This document shows positions 34,000 through 43,153 of a DNA stretch of 43,153 nt, one piece after another; the stretch's first letter is position 1; the number at the start of each line of letters is the position of its first letter. This stretch comes from Octopus bimaculoides. Its lineage: Eukaryota. Position numbers and translations under genes: made by a program. Where the stretch lies: positions 43,456,156-43,499,308 of the forward strand of contig NC_068981.1 of NCBI RefSeq assembly GCF_001194135.2. The letters are read 5' to 3'. The notes beneath the pieces were generated by a model. That model saw nothing but the letters and a program-made list of their open reading frames with translations. It was not told where the DNA came from and ran no database searches.

Positions 34000-36400
34000 A
34001 TCTAATTAAAGTTATAGAAGAGTATAGGAAAGTTTATATGGAATGTACTTGTAGAAGTTAAGTAACATCAAACAAAATGCATGAATTTCATGAAGAAACT
34101 TATTACTTGGCTTTGAGCACGAAGTTGATTTTAAAAAATATTTGGGATAGCAAATGATATCAGTGGATAACAAAATTCAGTGATATTGAGGTTCCGGAAT
34201 ATGAACCCAAATATTACATTTGTAAAATGTACATGCTACAGTTTGACTTTCTGCTGTCAAAAAGCTTTTCCTCGTTTGCTTTCTAATCCAAGTTTCCCAA
34301 TATCAGAAAATTACAAATTAATTTAGCACTAGTGCCCATCATCAAGATGATTACAAAAAGAAAAGCAAACACTTATTTCATAATGATAGAAATGTATACT
34401 ACTAAAAATTTGTCAGTTGAAGCAAACACAATATGTTGGTCAATTAAAGGGAGATGATTACAGTTAATCCTGCTGAAATGGTGAGGTGTCTGAAGGTGTA
34501 TGTTAGACTTACATGGTACATTATTCTAAATGATATGTGTCAAGATGAACTCAGTAAATTTTGCTTTTGTAAATGCAACTTCATGCTTCAAGTTCCAACC
34601 TTAAACTATAGAAAGATTTTGTGATATTAAGAAATTTGAAAATACAAGGTGTGTTAAATTTATTTCCAGCAATTAAAAGATCTCAGCTCTAGCTCTTGGA
34701 GTAATGTCATAGGCATCTTTCATCTTGGAAAAAAGTTGAGTATTTATTAGGAGCATCCAAACTGAAGCAATGAAATGACAAGTTTCAAGCATATGATTGG
34801 TGTCCTTTTTATGGAAAATATTGTTCAACATCACATGAAATTGGAAATCTAATCGATGGAAGCTTCTTAGGTCAAATAAAGCTGATATCAAAATGGGGTT
34901 TGACTCCCTAGTGCATGTACTAGGGGCATATTCTGGAAAAAAAGGTGAATTCTTTCAAATTAACTAGCTGTCTCCCCAGTCACAAAATGAGTTAATCTCA
35001 GAATGTTCTCACTTTGGGAAGAAACAATTTTTATTGCAAAGAAAGTCTTCATAATATTTTTCTGTTATTTTGAATGCAACTCCATACTTCTCCACGTTGA
35101 GTAGAGAAGATTTCTGTTGAGGTATTTCAATTTAAAAACAAAAAAACTTAGACATGTGATGCAATAATGATATCTCAAGTTTATATTTAACCTTGGGCCC
35201 CTTGGATGAGCAGGCCGTTCCTCTGAATGATGCAGGGCACAAGCACATGACAAGTTGCAACACCCCAATACTTATGTTGAGACCTTGGCAACCAACCAAT
35301 ATATTTGGGCAGTTTTCTATAGCAAACTTTTCCTCATGTGGCTGCAATGCTTTAATTTGTGTTGAAATGACAAACCTGAAGGCATACTGGAAACCACAAT
35401 ATATTTTAAAACAGTTGAAATAATTTATAGTTTGCATAGCTTCAGTCTTAAATAATAGAAATTACTTTAACATTGCATATGTTGTTCTCTATAAGACATG
35501 TCGAAAACCAGTTAGTCTGACAGACATGAACATATCAAACATTTTGCATCTTACTTCATAAGAATTTAGTTAGCATTGCACAATTATTTATTTTTTAACT
35601 TAACAGCTTGGGCAAGAAATAAAGTGAACAGAGTATTAGCATACATAATGTTTTTTTTTAATATTGGCTGTTTTGTATAAAGTGATGTCTTCAATTAATA
35701 GTTACAACAAAGTCATTCAACTAGGTGTCACAAAATATGTGGAAGTATCTAATTCTGGGACTCTCAATGAAGATTTAAGAAAGTTACAGAACAATTGGAA
35801 AAGTATCTGGAATGAACCCATATTGGTAGCACCAGATTTTCTGATGGAAATCAAACTCTTCTATGGGATGGGGTGTGTCAAAAGAGAAGAGGGTGCAACT
35901 TCAAAACACTTGATATCAATCAGGCAGAAAAGACCAACACAAACATGCTTCTGAGTATCTGTGTTTTATGTTGTGAGTACGAGAATAAAGCAGAAAGATT
36001 TTATCCTACTGTATTAACTGATAAAGATTTTGGAAGAGAGATGCAATATTTTCTGTTTGTATAGGAAGCATATTTCGGTAAACCAGAATGGGAAACTTTA
36101 GAACTGTCAAATTATATGAACTGATATCAAGCAATTATGTTAATTTGAGTAAATTGACAATTCCAGCTGGAGAGCATCAGCAGAAATATCCTTTTACAGA
36201 CTCAATCATATTTAAAACCATTTAAAGTTTACAAGAGTACCAAAATTAAAATATGACTTGTTGGAGTAAGGCTAAGTAATGAAAGAAGCAATACCAGAAA
36301 AAATGTTTATGATAGTGTTATTAGAAACTTTTCAGATTAAAGAGTAAGTTAGAAAAGTTCATTTTGTTAGTTGCTTTGCTTTAAATATATTGTTATCTGG
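34000..36400 (+). mobile_element. hAT transposase relic (ZMYM1-like family)
   Basis: GSFLGQIKLISK, LSPQSQNELI, YFSVILNATP, PLND.RAQAHD, FSSCGC, WKSIWNE, LTIPA..ASAEISF.RL (dimerisation domain). Confidence 0.85.
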
Positions 36401-36997
36401 CTATTCTAATGCACAAAGTATTTACAAATGTTGTCTAATAAGCATATTCAGATAACCTCATATTGGCCAACATGTTCTGTTATACTTTATTATACACTTA
36501 AAGCTATCTATTTTGTCCATATGTTATCACTGTCATGTTTTTTCACAAGGTAAGTAAAATTGTAACTCCAAACTTCCATGTTGTATTATTCTTTATTGAA
36601 AAGATTTAATCAAGCAACTTAAATCCTCAATTAAAGCATTCTCTTTCTCTACCTCTGCAGTCTTGTTTCATCTTTCAAATTTCTCTAGGAGACCCTGGGA
36701 TTCTCTGAACTCACTAAATATTCTACCATCTTATTATATTTATCAATAAGTGTACTTCTCATGTTGTTACTTTTGTTCATTTGTTTAGCAAACTTGCATT
36801 TTGGATACTAAATTATAATTGTCTATACTTGAGAATGTAAATGCTTTTAATTACTATTTTTCTTGTTTATTGTTTCTTTCATGATTTTACTTTGTGTATT
36901 AGAAGGTTAAATTACTGTTTTATTTCAAAAGGACGTATTCAGTTTTAATTCCTTTTTCTATACTTTTTTCTCATACTAATCCGCTTATTTGGATAAC

Positions 36998-37199
36998 TGT
37001 TATATTTCTCTTGTTTACTTACAGAGAATAGAGTAATAATCCAGATAGGTGTGTTGTCTGTGGTTCAATAAACTTCTGTCTTTATTTGCAAAGAAGAACA
37101 TATAGTGTTACTCCAAATAGGTGTGAAGCCTGTTTATTCCAACTGTAAAACTCAAGACTGTAATAATAATATGACAAAAATCAAAACGCCTTGTCAACA
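36998..37199 (-). mobile_element. 3' LTR of Gypsy element
   Basis: TGTT...AACA ends, AATAAA on the minus strand, directly preceded on the minus strand by purine-rich ...gaacttgagagaa after the integrase. Confidence 0.7.
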
Positions 37200-38690
37200 T
37201 TCTCTCAAGTTCTAGAACTTAGAATTCTATTGGCTAGCAATCTCCACATTATCTCCCCACTGGAAGAATCAACAATAAAGTCTCTTTCTAGGTTTGGATG
37301 TTCTTTTGGATGATCTAGATTTGTCCAGTTCATACTCTGGTACAAGCAGTTTGGTTTTGGATAGAAGTGGTCTGGTCTGTCTCTGAGTTTGTGCCATTTC
37401 TTCCAGGATTTCCATTGGACGATGTGTTGGAAGCTCAGAAATATTGTCAGTCCCATCACCAGGTTTACAGTCCTCTGCAGAAACATAGTGTGGACGTAGT
37501 TATTTCTAGTGCCCTCTCCATACTGGGCTATGAGGAAAACCTTGATGTTGAAACAGTGAGTACCCAAAGACTTCGTGACAACTGGTGCTACTCATTGGGA
37601 CTGCTTGTCATGGCAAGGTCCATAGCACAGTTCATATACAGGATCACCAGTCTTGTACTGTTTGGTTACCTTGGTGACATCTCCTGAGTCTGTTGTCATC
37701 TTTGCCTTTGATGACACCTTGGATTGCTTGCCCTGAGCTTTGTGTGTTGGAGAGGGTAGCAGAGAGTCAATCCTTGTCCGAACCTGCCAGGACATCAAGT
37801 GTTTACTTGGAGAGAGTCCGCAGGATGTCGACATTCTCCAGTACTGCATCAAAAACTCCTGAAGAGCTCGTTTTGGAGGCAGAGAAGACTTTCTCAGTGC
37901 TTGTTTGAAAGACTGTGCCAAACAAACGTTCTGCTGCTCCATTAGTAGCTGGATGGTATAGTGCACCTGTCAGGTGAATGGTCGCACATTCTTTGCACCA
38001 GCACTGAAATTCTTCAGGAAGGTAAGTTGATGTATTACCAGCGTGAGAGGATATCCAAAGTTTGCAAACTCCTCTTCCAGCAGATCTAGAGTGGCTCTAG
38101 TGGATGTGGATGATGTTGGATGAATACATGGATATCATTAGAAAGCGTCTGTGATCACCAGCTTTGTACCCATGAAATTGATGGCATGATCCATGTGTAA
38201 GTGGCTCCATGGCTTATCTGGTAGCATCCATGGGGGAACTGCAGGCTTGGGTGGCTTGATTTGATGTTCGCCACATGAATCACATTGTCGACTAGCCATC
38301 TCAATGGCTGCTTCAGTACCTGGCCAGTAGGCAGCAGTTCTAGCTAATTGCTTCAAATGTTCCATGCCGAGGTGTCCGATATGCATTAGATCTAGCATAT
38401 TGGACTGTAGGCTCTGTGGAATCACAACTTTTGATCCATGGTTGAGGCATCCATGGTAGATACTGAGTGAATCTAACAACTTCTGGAACTTTTTGACTTC
38501 ATCATTAGTCTCAGTGTGCTTCGGTGGCCACCCTTTGCAGACGTAGCGCATCACTGTACTTATCACCGGATCTTTCCCAGATTCTTGACAGAGGATGTTT
38601 CTGTCTAAAGGTTTGACTTGAAGACAGAACTCTAATGCCAGTTTGATCTGGTTGTAGGCATCTTTGAGAGTGAAGTGTGCATCAGAGGAG
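37200..38690 (-). mobile_element. Ty3/Gypsy (K02A2.6-like) pol fragment: integrase zinc-binding and core
   Basis: ORF 38138-38566 H.GHLG...ARTAAYWPG...CDSC...PWSHLHMDHA; then FGYP..LV, YHPATNGAAERL. Confidence 0.9.
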
Positions 38691-39200
38691 GTGATCTTGT
38701 GTTAGACAATGAAAGGTTAGAGAGTGACAGAGAGATAGAAACAGATGTCTTGCTGTAGAGGAGATGCCTGGTTATTTAACCAGAGAGAGAGGAAGAGGAA
38801 AAGAAGGAGAGAAAGAGGAGAGGTAAAGAGGGAGAAAGAGAGAGTGAGAGAGAGAGTAAGAGACAGCAAGTACTAGGGTATGCTTACAGGGAATGGGGAT
38901 CAGGGCATAGATGGATGGGATGGTAGAGTAAGGAAGAGAGTGATGAATGGCAGCAGGTGCTGGCAGAGTTTTGCACAGAAATCATGAGTAGGGAGCTGGG
39001 CCGAGGAATGCTGTGACTGGTGACAACCAGGGTATATAGAGGGGGAAGCAACGATACAGTAACCAGGGTAGTGAGGGCTAGATTGGGGAGTGGGAGATAA
39101 TCATAGTGTATGAAGAGGAAATGTGAGAAAGAGAAGAGAAACAGTTTGAGAAAGGGGAAAGTAGTTTGGTTTCTTGGGAGAGGGTGTGTGAAAATTTTGT
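38690..39200 (+). repeat. GA-rich unclassified interspersed repeat, copy A
   Basis: Homologous in inverted orientation to 40040-40350. Confidence 0.7.
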
Positions 39201-39229
39201 TGTTACATGTGGGTGGAGCACAACACTTC

Positions 39230-40040
39230 TAGAGTTCAGGTTCACATCGCCATAAGTCTTGGTCCATTGTCATTTCCTGTGTGAGCCCCATCAACCTGAG
39301 ATTGGTCTTCATCACTTCATTCTGTCTTTCTGGATCTCCCTCTTCTACTGGTACTATCCACTTTCGGTGACTGACACATCTTTATACAGCTGTCTTCATT
39401 CATATGTATCACATTTCCAAACCAACATAGTCTTCTCTCTTGCATGCTGCATTTGATTCCTCTTAGGCCCAACTTTTCTCTCAACACATTTGTACTTTGT
39501 CATTCATGCACATTGATGCTGCTCATCCAGCAGAGCACACTGCCTGCATTTCTCTCAAGTTTACGCATGTCTTCTGCATTCAGAGCCCATGTCTAACTAC
39601 CATGAAGTATAGCCGTTCATACACAAGCATCAAACAATCTACCTTTCACTATGAGAGAGAGAGAGAATCCTTTTGTTGCCAACAGCGTTAGTAACTTCCT
39701 CTATCCTATTCTTATTCTAGAAACAATACTTTCAGAGCATCCACCCTCAAAGCTAATTTGGTCACTTCGGTAACAGAAACTATCTACGACCTCAAGAGAG
39801 TCTCTTGAACATTTGAGAGACTCTAAGTCCTGTGTGCTCTTAGAACTTATTGTTTCTGCACATGTTCTACACACAAAGGTGACCTTACCTGTTAATCTAC
39901 CTATTATTCCACTGCATCTCTTATGTGTCTATAGCTTAAATTGGGTGCAGCAAATGGAATTACTACCCATTACTTTCCTGCAAATTGAGCAGAGACATTT
40001 ACATGATGGAATTCGACTCACTTTGTCATTGATGCCCTCT
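39230..40040 (-). mobile_element. RTE-type LINE C-terminal fragment, same family as 26060
   Basis: CSICRK...THKRC...CRTC, LEVVDSFCY, GCSESIV.RIR, KGRLFDACV, ERRLCWFG.V..MNEDS. Confidence 0.85.
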
Positions 40041-40350
40041 GTTTCTCCTCCTCTATATACCCAGATTCTCACCACTCACAGCATTCCCCATTCCCACTCC
40101 CTACTCTCAACTTCTTGGCAATACCCTACCCTTCCACCATTCATTTCTCTCTTCCTTACTCTACTATCCCATCTATTCCTTGATCCCCATTCCTTGGAAG
40201 TATACCCTGGCACTTGCTGCCATACACTTCCTGTCTCCTACTATCTCTCTCTCTCTCTCTCTCTTTCCCTTGTCTTTGGCTGAGTAATCATTTATCTCTT
40301 CTACAACAACAAACCTGTTTCTGTCCATTTCTGTCAGTAATGATATCCTG
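40040..40350 (-). repeat. GA-rich unclassified interspersed repeat, copy B
   Basis: ctctatataccc...tcacagcattcc...ctcttccttactctac...gatccccattcc...ataccct shared with the reverse complement of copy A. Confidence 0.7.
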
Positions 40351-40451
40351 TCATTTCTTTGATAATTCTTCAATGAGTGTAGTTGTGTGTTTTCTTTGGT
40401 GAACATTCACCTATGTGTATGAGTATGTTTATGTGATTGTATGTGTATGCA

Positions 40452-40486
<35 letters not shown>

Positions 40487-40919
40487 ATTTGCATTGTTCT
40501 CCTGAGTTGGCAGATACCCACACACACACAAAAATCTATTGGTGATAGCAGAGAGAGTGAGATTGGTTGTCATTGTTATGTTGGTGGCAGAGACGGCAGT
40601 GGTGATGTTGGCATTGATATTGGTGAATGGAAAAAGATACAGAAAGAAAGAGAATGCGACAACTAAAGATGCAATGATGTTACATAGCTTCTTACTTCTC
40701 AAAATCCTCACCCTTATTACTTAACATTCACCACAATCAGCACCAACTCACTGCCTCTCTGTCTGCTACTACCATTGCCATAACAACCAAAAGTTTCTTT
40801 CTTACTATTTGAGTTACTTTCTTTAGTGTTACATTTTATGAAGATAGGAACACAGGTGTTAATATATAACTTAATCAGCTCTGGTCTTCAAATGTAATGC
40901 TTAACTATCAGAGGAAATT

Positions 40920-41136
40920 AGAGACAATTTATTATGCACACAACATTATATTATTCGTAAGATAATTGACTGATGAACTATGGAACAAAATGGAAGAGAT
41001 AATTTATTATAGACAACAGGTATTAATAAGACAATTGGCTGATAAACTATGGAACACAATCAAAGAATCTATTACAGACACATTATTTATATTATTTATA
41101 TTACTTATATTATTTTAAGACACTTGACTAGGAAAC
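40920..41136. repeat. Degenerate tandem repeat, about 70-75-bp unit
   Basis: agaga.aatttattat at 40920/40995; taaga.aattg.ctgat.aactatggaaca.aat at 40958/41027. Confidence 0.7.
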
Positions 41137-41425
41137 AAATATTTAAAATTAAGTGTGAAATGTGTATTAGTGATATATATATATATATATCTTAGAATTC
41201 ACAATTCAGTGGGACAGCTATTCTACTTAGCTTGCATAGACTTTGGTTTCTGTATCAGCAATATGAATTTATTTCAGATATGAAAATAAGGAAGTAGTGT
41301 CGTGCATTTAGATATATGAAGGCATCAACATGGTCATGTTTGACTGTATTTTTGATTACATTTCGTAGTTAGAATTATACATACATGCATATGTATGTAT
41401 ATGAATGTATATATATGTATGTATG

Positions 41426-41554
41426 NNNNNNNNNNNNNNNNNNNNNNNNNNNNNNNNNNNNNNNNNNNNNNNNNNNNNNNNNNNNNNNNNNNNNNNNNNN
41501 NNNNNNNNNNNNNNNNNNNNNNNNNNNNNNNNNNNNNNNNNNNNNNNNNNNNNN
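41426..41554. other. Assembly gap
   Basis: 129 N in a microsatellite. Confidence 0.99.
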
Positions 41555-41729
41555 TATATATGTGTGTGTGTGTGTGCATATACACACGTATGCACACACA
41601 CACACACACACATATGTATTTGTATACAGAGATACATATTTGTATGTGCATACATATATACATATCCTTATTTCTTTATTGCCCACAAAGGGCTAAACAT
41701 AGAGGAGGCAAACAAGGACGTCAGCCTTC

Positions 41730-42240
41730 ACACAAAAAGAAAAAAAAATATCAAGATTTAACGAAAAGATTTGCAAATATTGTGGACGATTATGAAAATC
41801 AAGAAGGGATGGATTTTTTGAGAGGAATAGCTCATTACTTAAAGCTTTAGATTTTTTTTTTACTATTTTCCAAATTACATCATTGGTCATGATATTGATA
41901 AATTATCTGTAAATAATATCAGTTTTATAAAATTTCATACATTTAATTTTCTTTTTTTCGTCAAGTTTTACCTCTGTTTCCACAGATAAAACATAAATTC
42001 TATTTTTTGGTACTTTTAGTTTACCTTTGAAAAAAAAAATCAAAAGGATTTGATATAATTTTAGTTAATTTTAGTATTTTTATTTTTTAGTTTCCACTTA
42101 CTTAAAAATTATTGGGCAATTATCCATCTGGCGGTTGTATTTGTAAGGCCTTTGTTCTTCTTGCAGTTGAGAGTTGGGTAATTGTCCATTGGGCACTTGT
42201 CTGTTGAGCTCTTGTCAGTCGGGCAGTTGTCCGAATACCC
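41730..42240 (+). mobile_element. Probable MULE-type DNA transposon 3' end
   Basis: KKKYQDLTKRFANIVDDYENQEGMDFLRGIAHYL* resembles MULE transposase C-termini; four gggcaRttgtcc-like subterminal motifs at 42114-42232. Confidence 0.6.
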
Positions 42241-42882
42241 ATGTCTACATGTATATATGTATATGTATCGTTAGTAAATCATAAATCCAAAATAGCATCA
42301 CATTGTAAGTTATAGAGCTGTAGAGTAATTAAATAAAACAGTTATGGCCAGACTATGGGTTACCCAGAGTGTCACGTTTGTAAAGCACTTAGCTTTACAG
42401 CATTTCTTGAGACCCTTATGGTCTGAGGGGAAGAGAAATCCAATTAAAATACAAGTAAAAATTTTGATAGTATTTTTAATTGGATTTCTCCTCCCTTTCA
42501 AGACATAGTGAAGTACAATAATATCATTAGTGATGAATATTTTTGCACAGTTTGTATGTTTAACCCATCTCTCTGATAATTTAAGACTCAGTTTATGGAA
42601 TCTTCACTCGACACGATGTTCTAATTGCTTGATATTCTAGAAACAGCTGTTAAAGACTATGTAAACCTTTTTTAAATATTATATAGCTAAATTAAATGTC
42701 TTTGTCAAGTTTTGCCAGATCATTTGTTTTACATTTCTGCTTTAAGCAATTTGTGTATATATATATATATATATATAATATAGATTTAATCAAAAGATTA
42801 AATGTGGTACTTAAAATGTTTGAGGCACCAGAATTTGGTAGGGTAAAAACCAAAAACAAAATCATGAGATTTGGTGAATAAA

Positions 42883-43148
42883 ATTTGAAGAAAAGCAACA
42901 AGAATTCAGTAGGTTATAGCAATACGAACGTTTCATACAAGCTCCATTTATTCATGTAGTGAGAACACTACATAAAATGTACAATGAAAATGTACTCCTC
43001 AGCTGCATAATGGAATTTCATTATGCAGCTGAGGAGTACATTTTCATTGTACATTTTATGTAGTGTTCTCACTACATGAATAAACGGAGCTTGTACGAAA
43101 CGTACGTACTGCTATAACCTATTGAATTTTTGTTGCTTTTCTTCAAAT
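42883..43148. repeat. 266-bp spacer-less palindrome
   Basis: Position x pairs with 86031-x; 7 mismatches in 133 bp. Confidence 0.97.
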
Positions 43149-43153
43149 ATATA

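Noticed and set aside
42883-43148. Palindrome as a pure library or assembly fold-back artefact
   Set aside because: Artefactual fold-backs should be identical in both arms; seven mostly transition-type differences argue for a real, aged structure, though long reads are still needed.

Overview
AT-rich, repeat-dominated eukaryotic DNA. The SINE, RTE-tail and microsatellite content matches what I recall for octopus (coleoid cephalopod) genomes; the species cannot be confirmed from sequence alone. I recognise no intact host gene, rRNA, tRNA or CRISPR array, and most listed ORFs are microsatellite, N-gap or antisense artefacts. The window is a layered transposon graveyard. It holds five or more R4/Dong-type non-LTR fragments (RT, CCHC, restriction-like endonuclease), two RTE-type LINE families plus eight copies of one (GAT)n-tailed 3' end, and two tRNA-derived SINE families. 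It also holds two mariner fragments, a decayed Helitron helicase, a decayed hAT transposase, a Gypsy integrase with its 3' LTR, a MULE end and several palindromic MITE-like elements. Three assembly gaps all sit inside TA-type microsatellites. The most notable observations are: a 266-bp spacer-less palindrome at the right end whose mismatches are almost all A:C or G:U; a young 177-bp ungapped copy of upstream DNA inserted into an old RT gene; a C4HC3 (PHD-like) finger inside the RT domain of both RTE copies; and a chain of small canonical exon candidates on the minus strand. Element boundaries are approximate (tens of bp) unless stated base by base.
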